NCBI GenBank assembly: GCA_938003925.1 | Contig: CALKWQ010000023.1 | Coordinates: 82,885-146,884, forward strand | Reading direction: 5' to 3' | DNA: 64,000 bases | DNA from: an uncultured bacterium | GTDB taxonomy: Bacteria; Patescibacteriota; Patescibacteriia; Patescibacteriales; UBA12465 | Shown here: positions 1-9,015 of the stretch, one piece after another | How the letters are laid out: every line of letters starts with the position of its first letter | Position numbering within the stretch: the first letter of the stretch is position 1 | The notes under the pieces: generated by a model | Databases searched by the model: none | Told to the model about the DNA's origin: nothing | The model's input: the letters and a program-made list of their open reading frames with translations, nothing else | Program-made: the position numbers and the translations under genes

Positions 1-1
1 T

Positions 2-874
2 CCTTTGTCAGTAGATACATTGGCTTTGTATTATAATCGCGATTTATTAAATAATGCCGGCATTACCGCCGCTCCTAAATATTGGAATAAAGAATTTCAG
101 CAGAACGTAAAAAAACTTACCAAACAAGACCCAACTCAAGGTATTATTCAGTCTGGTATTGCTCTAGGCGGCAGTAATAATATCGAAAGATACAGTGACA
201 TCTTAGCGGTATTAATGATGCAAAATGGCGCTACCATGATGGATGGCAAACAGGTGTTATTCAATGTCGTTCCGGCCGCAACTAGAGACACCAATTATAA
301 CCCCGGACTAGAGGCTTTAAGATTCTATATTGATTTTTCCAACCCAGGGAAAGAGGTTTACTCTTGGAATGACGACTTACCTAATTCTCTAGAAATGTTT
401 ATTAGCGGCAAGCTAGCCTTAATGTTTGGTTACTCATACCATTTAGCCACTATTAAAGCCCAGGCTCCCAAACTAAATTTTTCCGTCAGCACCCTACCAC
501 AAATAGAAGGCAGTCCTATGGAAATTAACTTTGCCAATTACTGGGTAGAATCGGTGTCTAAAAAAAGTTTATACCCAAACGAAGCTTGGGATTTTGTACA
601 GTTTGCCACTAAAGAAGAACAAGCTAAGACTTATTTAGAAAAAACCGATAAACCCACAGCTCTGCGCTCACTAGTAGCTACTCAACGAGAAGATAATGAA
701 ATTGGAGTCTTTGCAGCTCAGGTTCTTACCGCTAAAAGTTGGTATCGCGGCAAGAGCGTGTCCGCTGCTGAGACCGCTATTGCAGAAATGATTAATAGCG
801 CCAAACAAAGCGCTGATAAAATATTAGAAGTCATTAATACCGGGGCTGCCAAGGTGCAACAAACGGTAAACTAA
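2..874 (+). CDS. ABC-type extracellular solute-binding protein (sugar-binding family), C-terminal part; the 5' end lies outside the window
   Basis: The frame is open to the window edge, so the listed TTG at 5 is not a credible start. The sequence is typical of family-1 solute-binding proteins (LALMFGYSYH, NFANYWVESVSK). Confidence 0.6.
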   Translation, partial: PLSVDTLALYYNRDLLNNAGITAAPKYWNKEFQQNVKKLTKQDPTQGIIQSGIALGGSNNIERYSDILAVLMMQNGATMMDGKQVLFNVVPAATRDTNYNPGLEALRFYIDFSNPGKEVYSWNDDLPNSLEMFISGKLALMFGYSYHLATIKAQAPKLNFSVSTLPQIEGSPMEINFANYWVESVSKKSLYPNEAWDFVQFATKEEQAKTYLEKTDKPTALRSLVATQREDNEIGVFAAQVLTAKSWYRGKSVSAAETAIAEMINSAKQSADKILEVINTGAAKVQQTVN

Positions 875-878
875 ATTT

Positions 879-1346
879 ATGTGGAAGAAACTACTACTTA
901 GCTCAACCCTGGCTCTCGCCTTAAGCCTGAGCCTAGCCGCCCCATTAGCAGCCCAAACCGAAAACCCCGTTACTATCGTAGATACAAGCAGCCAAACTGC
1001 TGACGGAGAAAATAAGTATAATAGCGGCAGATACGACTTGAACGACATGGTGATGATTTTAGTCAGAGCTTCGCAGTGGATTTTAGGCATAGTTGGCTCT
1101 TTGGCCTTATTGATGTTTATTTATGGTGGCTTTATGTTTTTAATCTCCGCCGGCAGCAGTGAAAAGATTGGAAAAGCCAAAACTATTTTAGTTGCAGCGG
1201 TTGTTGGTTTAGCTATCGTCTTTGGCAGCTATTTAATCATTAAATTTGTTCTGTCCACAATTGGTTTTAAATGGAATTGGAACGGCAAGCCAATAGACGT
1301 TAAAGACGCTCCCACAGCAGTTATTGTTTCCGACTATTTATCATAA
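879..1346 (+). CDS. VirB2/TrbC-like small pilin (CPR T4SS-pilin-like family)
   Basis: Signal peptide (ALSLSLAAPLAAQ) followed by two TM helices flanking FLISAGSSEKIGKAKTILVAAVVGLAIV. Same architecture as the 4759-7294 paralogs. Confidence 0.6.
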   Translation: MWKKLLLSSTLALALSLSLAAPLAAQTENPVTIVDTSSQTADGENKYNSGRYDLNDMVMILVRASQWILGIVGSLALLMFIYGGFMFLISAGSSEKIGKAKTILVAAVVGLAIVFGSYLIIKFVLSTIGFKWNWNGKPIDVKDAPTAVIVSDYLS

Positions 1347-1357
1347 TCATTAACGCC

Positions 1358-2035
1358 ATGACCGGATTTATCTTTAAATCATTGGCCACAGAAGTAAGGG
1401 CGGGAGAAAAGTTAAAGGCAGCACGTTTGGAAAAAAATGTTCCCCTAGAAGACGTGGCCAAAAAATTGCATATCCGCAGTGATTATCTCCAAGCCTTGGA
1501 AAATGAAGAATACAGCCTTTTGCCGGCCGGCCTCTACGGACGCCAATTTTTAAAGGAATACTGCCAATATTTACACCTAGATCTAAAGCAAGTTTTACCC
1601 CTTACCCCGTTTGCGGATACAAAAGAAGAAAGTAATCCCTTTTCCCAAAAAATTCTTAGAAGCTGGCGTTTTCTGGTCTTTCCCAAAATTATCCGTAACA
1701 CTGTTTTTATCTTATTATTCTGTGTTTGTCTGCTTTATCTCTTAATTTACTTCCGCCGCTTAATCTCGCCGCCTAATTTAGAAGTGACATATCCCGAACG
1801 TAATTTAGTAATTAACGAAGCGCTCATCGAAGTACGCGGACAAAGTGACCCGGAAACAGAAGTTCAGATTAATAATACCGTTATTATGAGCTCTCAGGAT
1901 GGGAGTTTTATACAGGAGGTAAAACTAAAACAAGGCTTGAATAACCTAACTATTAGTGCTAAAAAGAAATATGGCCGAGAAAGCGTCATTCAGCGCCAAA
2001 TCTTGGTCGAAGACAAATATGAGCAGCCCCAATAA
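1358..2035 (+). CDS. RodZ-like membrane-anchored helix-turn-helix protein
   Basis: N-terminal XRE-type HTH (LKAARLEKNVPLEDVAKKLHIRSDYLQALE), a single TM helix, and an extracellular beta-rich tail. Confidence 0.5.
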   Translation: MTGFIFKSLATEVRAGEKLKAARLEKNVPLEDVAKKLHIRSDYLQALENEEYSLLPAGLYGRQFLKEYCQYLHLDLKQVLPLTPFADTKEESNPFSQKILRSWRFLVFPKIIRNTVFILLFCVCLLYLLIYFRRLISPPNLEVTYPERNLVINEALIEVRGQSDPETEVQINNTVIMSSQDGSFIQEVKLKQGLNNLTISAKKKYGRESVIQRQILVEDKYEQPQ

Positions 2036-2570
2036 AACCTTGCTATTTGACATAAATTTTATTTTAAATAAAATAGCACTAGGAGAAGGACAAAAGGTAG
2101 CCGAGTTAGGTTGTGGAAATTTTGGTTATTTTGTTTTTCCGGCCGCTAGATTAGTGGGTGCACGTGGTCGAATTTTTGCAGTTGATATCCTTAAAAACAC
2201 CTTGGAAGATATTAAAAAAAGAGCTCTACAGGATAACCTGCAACAGGTAGAAACCGTGTGGAGTAACTTAGAGATATTTAAAGGCACTAAAATCGAAAAT
2301 GCTAGTTTGGATAGTGTTTTATTAATTAATATTCTGCATCAGTCTGAAAAAAGAGCGGAAATTATACGTGAAGCGGTTAGAATGCTTAAAAATGGAGGTA
2401 AAATGCTAATTGTAGAGTGGAAGGGTATTGCTAGCCCCTTGGGACCCAAAACAGAAAAGAGAGTTAATAAAGAATCCCTAAAAGAAGCGGCCCCAAAATT
2501 AGGTTTATCATTAAACACTGAATTTGAGGCCGGCCCTTATCATTACGGCTTAATATTTCATAAATCATAA
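2019..2570 (+). CDS. class I SAM-dependent methyltransferase
   Basis: SAM motif I VAELGCGNFGYF. I prefer the ATG at 2019 (overlaps the upstream stop by 17 nt) to the track start at 1956, which lies inside the previous gene. Confidence 0.6.
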   Translation: MSSPNKTLLFDINFILNKIALGEGQKVAELGCGNFGYFVFPAARLVGARGRIFAVDILKNTLEDIKKRALQDNLQQVETVWSNLEIFKGTKIENASLDSVLLINILHQSEKRAEIIREAVRMLKNGGKMLIVEWKGIASPLGPKTEKRVNKESLKEAAPKLGLSLNTEFEAGPYHYGLIFHKS

Positions 2571-2574
2571 AACT

Positions 2575-2958
2575 ATGCAAAATTTACTGACCTGGCGCTT
2601 CTGGTTCAACTTACGCCCCGAACCCTTGCTGCCATTATTTACTAAGATCTTTATAGCTTGGCTCGTATTATTATTAATATTAACCATCTTTACCGCCATC
2701 AAACAGCATCGCAAAAGCCTATATAAACATTTTTGGAAAAAATCATACGCCTTCGCTGTGGGCAATTTAATTATTGGCGCGGTTTTATTTTTCTTTAGTT
2801 ATGAACGAGCCGCCTTTCTCTCCGCTCGTTTCTGGCTAGCCTTATGGTTAATCACTATGCTCTGGTGGCTGTGGCCAATTATCAAGAGCTATCGCCTAAT
2901 CCCCCTAAAAAAGAAACAGCGCGAACAGGAACAAGAATTCAAAAAATATCTGCCTTAA
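2575..2958 (+). CDS. small membrane protein, unknown function
   Basis: Four predicted TM helices and a basic C-terminus. Followed by a terminator. Confidence 0.4.
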   Translation: MQNLLTWRFWFNLRPEPLLPLFTKIFIAWLVLLLILTIFTAIKQHRKSLYKHFWKKSYAFAVGNLIIGAVLFFFSYERAAFLSARFWLALWLITMLWWLWPIIKSYRLIPLKKKQREQEQEFKKYLP

Positions 2959-2961
2959 AAT

Positions 2962-2991
2962 AAAAACCCATCTGGAAACGGATGGGTTTTT
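2962..2991 (+). terminator. intrinsic terminator
   Basis: AAAAACCCATC-loop-GATGGGTTTTT hairpin with a T run. Confidence 0.7.
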
Positions 2992-3067
2992 AGTTATATA
3001 TCTACCTCCTTAACTTTAATTTTCTACTTATAAGCTAAAAACAAAGATATAAAAAATGTTTAACACT

Positions 3068-4657
3068 CTATCGGCGCTCATAAATTAGGCTTAATTTATC
3101 ACTGAAAACTAGCTGCCATTCGGGGTTAGAGTCTAAATAAAGACGTAGCTTGTCTGAGGTTGATAAATCGTTGTCGCTAATTTGAAAAAAGAATTTTTCC
3201 CAAGCCTGGAGTGATAAACTTTTATTCTCCGCACGTAATAAAACTAAACGGATATTGTAACTGTCTAAAACCTTACCGGGATCAGTCGTTGCCGATCTCA
3301 AGACAAAATATTCTTCTAGTACAGTATGCTGACCGAATGTGGCCTGTGGCATGCGCCCGTCAATAAACACTTGTTTTTCTGGATAAGACCATAATAAGAA
3401 ACCACCCCAAGCGTATTCATTAAACAGGCGCCAGTCTTTGGTTTCCGGACGAGATTTTAAATAATCTAAGGCCGCACAAGGATACTTAATGTCACAAAAA
3501 TCTCTGATGTTGTCTTGACGCCAAGGTAAGCGCCAAAACAGTGTCACGAGCGATACCGTTAATAAAAAAACTAGCAAACTAATAACTATCTTCTTGAATA
3601 AAAGATTTATTTGCCATTTAAATTCAACTAGAGCCTGCTGTAAAATACCAGTTACTAGCGGCAATGAAGCTATAACAAAAATAGGAAAGTGTCGACGAGA
3701 TTGTAGAGACAGAACAAAGAAAACCGCCACTAGGCCGGCATCCCACCAAGAAATAAAGAGGCGGCGTGAACGCTGTTGCCAATAAAGTATAAAAATAGCA
3801 GCACTAAATGACAGATATAATATTTGTGGATAATATAAAGGAAAAACAAACTGTCCTCGCCACTCGGCAATATACTTCATATAAACAGTATTTGAATATC
3901 CCTCTAAAAAAGCATATAAACCCAGACCGTAAGGATTAACTAAAGTAGCTAACAAAGACAAGCCAAATATTATTATTAACTGAAATTTATCTTTAGTAGT
4001 AAAAGTGGGACAAGTGGCAAATTTATTAAATGGGTAGCGATGTAACCAAGGGGAGAGAAAAGTATACACCACATAAGCAGCCAATAAAACTAGGCCCAGC
4101 AAAAAACTACCATGGGCATTGGCCCACACCATAAACAATAACGGCAGGAACCATAACCAACGACGGTACTTAAAGTTGTTAGACAAAAATAAAAATAAGA
4201 GAGATAAAGCTAACAAACCAAAAGTCTGTACCCTAATCCCCAGATGTGGTTGACTAGACCAAAGGCCTGCTAACGCTAATAGCCAAAATAAAAATTTATG
4301 GCCGTCTGGACCTCCAAAAAGATCGAGCCAGCGCCGCCAGGTTAAAAATAGGGCGATTAAAGTTATGACTAGGAAGAATAAGTGCAAACTAATAAAGCCA
4401 CCGGAGTTAAAAATGGCCGTCATGGCTAAATTTAATAACCACTCATGATCTAGCCATTTTACGTCTGCAAAAGCATAATTATAATAATTAAGATGGGGCG
4501 CCTGGGCGTCGTTAATAATGTCTTGGCCGACACGTAAATGCCAGCCTAAATCAACATCTGAATACGACAAAGAATTAGCTAGCAACAACCAAGCTAAAAT
4601 CAAGGCTAACAGGATTGGTAAAACCGCTCTTGACAGTTTATATAGTTTATTACTCAT
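3068..4657 (-). CDS. large polytopic membrane protein, possibly a GT-C-type glycosyltransferase
   Basis: 529 aa with at least 12 TM helices, an acidic motif in the first loop (YSDVDLGWH) and a soluble C-terminal domain. The function is only a guess. Confidence 0.4.
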   Translation of the reverse strand: MSNKLYKLSRAVLPILLALILAWLLLANSLSYSDVDLGWHLRVGQDIINDAQAPHLNYYNYAFADVKWLDHEWLLNLAMTAIFNSGGFISLHLFFLVITLIALFLTWRRWLDLFGGPDGHKFLFWLLALAGLWSSQPHLGIRVQTFGLLALSLLFLFLSNNFKYRRWLWFLPLLFMVWANAHGSFLLGLVLLAAYVVYTFLSPWLHRYPFNKFATCPTFTTKDKFQLIIIFGLSLLATLVNPYGLGLYAFLEGYSNTVYMKYIAEWRGQFVFPLYYPQILYLSFSAAIFILYWQQRSRRLFISWWDAGLVAVFFVLSLQSRRHFPIFVIASLPLVTGILQQALVEFKWQINLLFKKIVISLLVFLLTVSLVTLFWRLPWRQDNIRDFCDIKYPCAALDYLKSRPETKDWRLFNEYAWGGFLLWSYPEKQVFIDGRMPQATFGQHTVLEEYFVLRSATTDPGKVLDSYNIRLVLLRAENKSLSLQAWEKFFFQISDNDLSTSDKLRLYLDSNPEWQLVFSDKLSLIYERR

Positions 4658-4705
4658 ATTTTTATTCTAACACACCCCTAATTGTTTGTCTTCTACGCTT
4701 GATTG

Positions 4706-4714
4706 TGGTAAAAT
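4706..4714 (+). promoter_or_regulatory. extended -10 promoter element (TGgTAAAAT) for the first pilin gene
   Basis: TGGTAAAAT lies about 45 nt upstream of the ATG at 4759. A strong SD (GAGAGGTGG) lies at 4742-4750. Confidence 0.35.
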
Positions 4715-4758
4715 AAAAACATCATTTAAATTATCAACAACTAGAGAGGTGGTGAATT

Positions 4759-5127
4759 ATGAATAAAAAAATCGTAAAAAACTTATTAGCTTTCGGCATC
4801 TTAGCTGTCTTAGCTGTACCCGCTGTGGCTTTAGCGCAAATCGATGTCGGCTTAAATGAAATTGACAACGAAATTTCTTTAGGCAACACCGATCCTAGAA
4901 CTACCGTGGCTAGATTAATCAACTTCGCTATGCTCTTCTTGGGTATTATCGCAGTGGTTATTATCTTAGCTGGTGGCTTTAAATGGATGACCGCCGGCGG
5001 TAACGAGGACAAAGTTGGAGAAGCCCAGAAGCTTATGAGTGCTGGTGTAATCGGCTTAGTTATCGTTCTATCTGCTTGGGGTATCGCCAACTTCGTCTTA
5101 AGTCGTTTGCTAACCGCAACCTCTTAA
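4759..5127 (+). CDS. VirB2/TrbC-like small pilin, paralog 1
   Basis: Signal peptide ending ALAQ. Motif FKWMTAGGNEDKVGEAQKLMSAGVIGLVIVLSAW between two TM helices. Confidence 0.65.
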   Translation: MNKKIVKNLLAFGILAVLAVPAVALAQIDVGLNEIDNEISLGNTDPRTTVARLINFAMLFLGIIAVVIILAGGFKWMTAGGNEDKVGEAQKLMSAGVIGLVIVLSAWGIANFVLSRLLTATS

Positions 5128-5252
5128 TACCTTTCTAGAATCGATTTTGGAAAAGTGCGGCCCTTGTGTAAACAGGGGCCACCGCCCTGGATATCAGTAA
5201 TTACTGGTGTACAGAGCGGTATCTGTGTAGAAACCAAATCAATTATAAAATT

Positions 5253-5651
5253 ATGCTTTGCTCTAAAATAGCTAGAAGCGTATCCTTTTTTATCTTAACT
5301 AGCCTGCTGACAGCTGGTTTTTTTAGTATCGCCCCTACAGCTTCGGCAGACGATGATTACGGGCTAACGACCAGCGCTGGTAAAGTTAGCGCCTTCTCTA
5401 ATCAAATAGCTAATTATAATGACAATTTCTTAAGCACTCGTGCAGGTGTGATTATTGGCATAATTTTATCATTTGTCGGAGTTATCTTTTTAGTGCTCAT
5501 GATTTATGCTGGCTTAATGTGGATGACAGCCCAAGGCAATCAAGAAAGAGTAAACAAAGCGAAAGACCTAATGATTAATGCGGTTATTGGTTTAATCATC
5601 GTCATGGCTGCTTATGCTATTACTTCTTTTGTCGGCCAAAGATTAACTTAA
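5253..5651 (+). CDS. VirB2/TrbC-like small pilin, paralog 2
   Basis: LMWMTAQGNQERVNKAKDLMINAVIGLIIVMAAY; signal peptide; two TM helices. Confidence 0.65.
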   Translation: MLCSKIARSVSFFILTSLLTAGFFSIAPTASADDDYGLTTSAGKVSAFSNQIANYNDNFLSTRAGVIIGIILSFVGVIFLVLMIYAGLMWMTAQGNQERVNKAKDLMINAVIGLIIVMAAYAITSFVGQRLT

Positions 5652-5658
5652 TATTTCT

Positions 5659-6045
5659 ATGACCTTGCGCAAGCTGATTATTAGCACCTTCATGATGTTT
5701 GCCTTAATCTTTCCCATGAGTGGTGTCTTTGCTCAAACCTATAATTTTAACCAGAACAGTGGCCTTAACCATACCAGCAACACTGCCGGTTTTAATAGCA
5801 CTGACACCAGTCTAGAAAGATATATTACCATTATTATTAATATTATTCTTTCTTTATTGGGTGTAGTGTTTTTAGGTTTAATGATTTACGGCGGCATCGT
5901 GTGGATGACCGCTCAAGGCAATGAAGATAAGGTAAAAAAAGCCAAAGAGTTAATTACAGAAGCTGTTATTGGTTTAATTATTGTACTAGCTGCTTACGCT
6001 ATTACCTACTTTGTCCTTAAGTTAACTAGCGGCTCCTTGGTTTAA
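5659..6045 (+). CDS. VirB2/TrbC-like small pilin, paralog 3
   Basis: IVWMTAQGNEDKVKKAKELITEAVIGLIIVLAAY. 7-nt gap to the previous gene. Confidence 0.65.
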   Translation: MTLRKLIISTFMMFALIFPMSGVFAQTYNFNQNSGLNHTSNTAGFNSTDTSLERYITIIINIILSLLGVVFLGLMIYGGIVWMTAQGNEDKVKKAKELITEAVIGLIIVLAAYAITYFVLKLTSGSLV

Positions 6046-6054
6046 AAAATAAAA

Positions 6055-6444
6055 ATGACTAAAAATACTAAAAACCAATCTATTTTCTGGTCCACCTTAT
6101 CAATACTGTCTTTATTGCCAACAACAGCCTGGGCGGCCAACCTTCAGGATGCTTTTAAAAATGATAATTCTCCTCTAAAGGTGGCGGCTATCGGTGGTGG
6201 CATTTATCGTGAAGGCGTTATGCTAGAATCCATAGCCGGACAAATTATCACTGGCATTTTCTCTTTTTTGGGTATTATTTTTGTTGCTTTTACCATCTAT
6301 GGCGGCTTTCTCTACATGAATGCGCGTGGTAATGAGGAACAAACAAAAAAGGCCACCTCTATTATTACCCAAGCTTTAATCGGCTTAGTAATAATCTTAG
6401 CCGCCTACGCCATCACTTATTTTATTTTTAAATTCTTTGTCTAA
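6055..6444 (+). CDS. VirB2/TrbC-like small pilin, paralog 4
   Basis: FLYMNARGNEEQTKKATSIITQALIGLVIILAAY. Confidence 0.65.
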   Translation: MTKNTKNQSIFWSTLSILSLLPTTAWAANLQDAFKNDNSPLKVAAIGGGIYREGVMLESIAGQIITGIFSFLGIIFVAFTIYGGFLYMNARGNEEQTKKATSIITQALIGLVIILAAYAITYFIFKFFV

Positions 6445-6453
6445 TCATCTAGT

Positions 6454-6888
6454 ATGAAATTCAAAAACTTCAAGCCAGTAGCCACTCTTTTCGTTCTTAC
6501 TTTAGTGATGATTTTGCCTTATTTTGTGTTCGCCCAAGAAGCGCAAACCAACGGACAAGTCATTAACACTACCGGCCCCGCCAATCCCATCAACATGTTA
6601 CAAAATGTAGCCACCGGCAACAGCGGTCCTTATGGCTCTACCGATGAAAACACTTTGCCGACCATTTTGGGCTATATAATTAATGGCGCTTTAAGTTTAT
6701 TAGGTATCATCTTTATCGTCCTAATGGTCTTAGCTGGCTATAACTGGATGATGGCTTCCGGTAATGAGCAAAGAGTAGAAGAGGCTAAAGATACGATTAA
6801 ACGCGCTATCATTGGTCTAGTAATTGTCTTGGGATCATGGGCTATTTGGAACTTTATCTTATCCAATATCATTGAAAGACTAAAATAA
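6454..6888 (+). CDS. VirB2/TrbC-like small pilin, paralog 5
   Basis: YNWMMASGNEQRVEEAKDTIKRAIIGLVIVLGSW. Confidence 0.65.
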   Translation: MKFKNFKPVATLFVLTLVMILPYFVFAQEAQTNGQVINTTGPANPINMLQNVATGNSGPYGSTDENTLPTILGYIINGALSLLGIIFIVLMVLAGYNWMMASGNEQRVEEAKDTIKRAIIGLVIVLGSWAIWNFILSNIIERLK

Positions 6889-6889
6889 T

Positions 6890-7294
6890 ATGCGCACCCT
6901 CAAACATCTCATTGCCACTATCGCTTTAATCCTAATACCTCTAACTAGCGTTTGGGCTCAGACTGCTAGTAATACCCTAGTTGATACTATTAATAAGCCT
7001 ACTCAAACCATGCTCACCAAATCTGGTTTGGGTAATTTTTCCTTAGGAGTAGTGATTAAAATTGTAATTCAAGGCGCCTTAAGCCTGCTCGGTATTGTTT
7101 TCTTAGTTATTATTGTCTTCGCTGGCTATCGTTGGATGACTGCTGCCGGCAATGAGGATTCCATCAAGAAATCTCAAGACATGATTAAGCGCGCTATCAT
7201 TGGTCTGGTAATTATTTTTATGGCCTACGGTATCACCTATTTTGTCTTCCGCATGTTGCCATTTAGCGGCGGCGGCCAACCACCAGTTGGCTAA
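6890..7294 (+). CDS. VirB2/TrbC-like small pilin, paralog 6
   Basis: YRWMTAAGNEDSIKKSQDMIKRAIIGLVIIFMAY. 1-nt gap to paralog 5. Confidence 0.65.
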   Translation: MRTLKHLIATIALILIPLTSVWAQTASNTLVDTINKPTQTMLTKSGLGNFSLGVVIKIVIQGALSLLGIVFLVIIVFAGYRWMTAAGNEDSIKKSQDMIKRAIIGLVIIFMAYGITYFVFRMLPFSGGGQPPVG

Positions 7295-7313
7295 AATGAT
7301 TTAAATTTACCTA

Positions 7314-7348
7314 AGAAAAAAGACCTGGCTGAAAGTCAGGTCTTTTTT
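7314..7348. terminator. bidirectional intrinsic terminator between convergent genes
   Basis: AAAAAAGACCTG-loop-CAGGTCTTTTTT. Confidence 0.75.
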
Positions 7349-7367
7349 AGAGTAGTAGAGGTAGGCA

Positions 7368-8090
7368 TTAGTTGCCATACTGTACTGCTCTAAAATCGTA
7401 GGCATTGGTACCAGCGTCATCATAGTAGATGGTGTTGGGCATACCGCCAGGCTTGGTTATGCATTTGGAACCATATTGACTCTCAAATATAACCGTGTAT
7501 TGTCCGGGAATAGTGAATTTAAATTCCTTTTGTGTTGGGGCCCTTTGCGAGCCTGCCGGGAGAATGATTTCGCGGTAGAAATTACCGGGGCCTTTAACCT
7601 TGGCGGTTACAGGATTACCCCAGTAATTCATGAGAATGCCCGTGAAGCGCTCAGAGGACTGATTCCCACTATTATCATCCATCGTGCGGACAATGGCGTA
7701 GGCCGTAGCAGCCTCGGTGATATCACGAGCATTGCCCGCGAAGTACATTTGCTCATCGTCTAAAGTAGAGCGAACAAGCAGGGAATCCTTATAGGCTTCC
7801 AGTTTTTTAACTGAGGCCAGCAAGGCAATTCTCTGTTCTTTAGCTTCATTCATGCGGTCTGTAGCTTCCAGTGAATTTGATCGAGACCAAAACATAAACT
7901 CGCGGTCTAACTCTTTCAGATTGTCTTTTTTTTGCTCAATTTGTTCATTGAGCAATTCAATCTTCTTTTCGATATCAGCCTGACGAGGTTGACCAATGTA
8001 GAATTCGCCACCGCGACGGTTTTGAGTTTGAGCATAAGCGCCACTGGCCATGAAAATGGCTACAATTAAAGAAAAAACAAATGTTTTCAT
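7368..8090 (-). CDS. secreted protein of unknown function (signal peptide plus coiled-coil N-terminal half)
   Basis: N-terminal MKTFVFSLIVAIFMASGAYAQ signal peptide and a heptad-rich region (EKKIELLNEQIEQKKDNLKELD). I recognise no family. Confidence 0.4.
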   Translation of the reverse strand: MKTFVFSLIVAIFMASGAYAQTQNRRGGEFYIGQPRQADIEKKIELLNEQIEQKKDNLKELDREFMFWSRSNSLEATDRMNEAKEQRIALLASVKKLEAYKDSLLVRSTLDDEQMYFAGNARDITEAATAYAIVRTMDDNSGNQSSERFTGILMNYWGNPVTAKVKGPGNFYREIILPAGSQRAPTQKEFKFTIPGQYTVIFESQYGSKCITKPGGMPNTIYYDDAGTNAYDFRAVQYGN

Positions 8091-8220
8091 GATGATATGG
8101 TTTTTAGATTTAATGAACTTTTTTACTATTCTTAGAGAAAAGGATAAAATCCTTCACTTAGAACTCTATATTGTATCACTTTTTTAGATATATGTCAATA
8201 ACTTATCCCCAGCCCCTCTC

Positions 8221-8249
8221 TTGACTTATAAATCAGGCTGTGGTATAAA
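8221..8249 (+). promoter_or_regulatory. sigma70-type promoter (TTGACT-17-TATAAA)
   Basis: The hexamers and the 17-nt spacer are read directly from the sequence. Confidence 0.5.
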
Positions 8250-8259
8250 GGTAGGTCGC

Positions 8260-8304
8260 AAAAATCCCTGCTTGTCATTATCACTAATACCGTAGGGATT
8301 TTTT
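8260..8304 (+). promoter_or_regulatory. terminator-like hairpin inside the 5' leader of the 3D-domain gene
   Basis: AAAAATCCCT pairs with AGGGATTTTT across a 24-nt loop, followed by a T run, 25 nt before the ATG at 8330. Confidence 0.4.
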
Positions 8305-8329
8305 GTTTGAGTAAATAAACCACGCTAAT

Positions 8330-8947
8330 ATGAAAATAATCAAAATCAGCGAGGACTTAGTGCCTCTTAGTAGACGCCAGCGCACTGTCTTAGCTTTAAT
8401 CATTGCCTGCGTCTTCCAGTTTATCTTTTTTTTCGCTCCGGTCTTAGCAGCAGAAGCAGTGGGGCAAGATGATACTGTCATCAAGATGAGCTCTACCAGT
8501 AAAGGAGCAGCTGATCCGATTGTAGCTGATTTAATCCAAGCAGCTCAAGCCCAAGCAGAAACTAATATCTCCAACGAAGTAGTCTTAGCAGAGGAGTCTG
8601 CAGTAGTGACAGATACAAAAACTACAGTTACTGTACTACGCACCAGCACTCATACCATGACCGCCTATAACTCTGATCCCGCCCAAACTGACGATACGCC
8701 TTGTATCACGGCTAACGGTTTCAATGTCTGTGAACATGGGGTAGAGGATACTATTGCGGCTAATTTCCTTAAATTTGGTACTAAGGTTAGAATTCCTGAA
8801 TTATACGGTGACCGCATTTTTGTAGTCCGCGACCGCATGAATAAGCGTTACAGTGACCGGGTAGATATCTGGATGAAAGAAAAAGTTGATGCCCGCAAGT
8901 TCGGCGTTAAAGTAGCTAAAATAGAGATAGTAGAAGTGACTAATTAA
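8330..8947 (+). CDS. 3D-domain (MltA/RlpA-like double-psi beta-barrel) cell-wall protein
   Basis: TMTAYNSDPAQTDDTPCITANG ... VVRDRMNKRYSDRVDIWM matches the conserved three-Asp 3D domain. N-terminal TM anchor. Confidence 0.7.
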   Translation: MKIIKISEDLVPLSRRQRTVLALIIACVFQFIFFFAPVLAAEAVGQDDTVIKMSSTSKGAADPIVADLIQAAQAQAETNISNEVVLAEESAVVTDTKTTVTVLRTSTHTMTAYNSDPAQTDDTPCITANGFNVCEHGVEDTIAANFLKFGTKVRIPELYGDRIFVVRDRMNKRYSDRVDIWMKEKVDARKFGVKVAKIEIVEVTN

Positions 8948-8965
8948 CAATTTTCAAAAGCTTAT

Positions 8966-9004
8966 AAAAACACCCGCGACCAAATCTGGCCGCGGGTGTT
9001 TTGT
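8966..9004. terminator. bidirectional intrinsic terminator
   Basis: CACCCGCGACCA-AATC-TGGCCGCGGGTG flanked by A and T runs. Confidence 0.75.
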
Positions 9005-9015
9005 GGTTGTTAATT

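Noticed and set aside
5128-5252. GC-rich spacer between pilin paralogs 1 and 2 with small palindromes (CAGTAATTACTG at 5194-5205, GATATC, TGTACA, and an ACCGC...GCGGT stem)
   Set aside because: This is probably just the terminator and promoter region separating two transcription units. The stems are short (5-6 bp) and I recognise no motif. It is worth including in an Rfam scan, but not a finding on its own.
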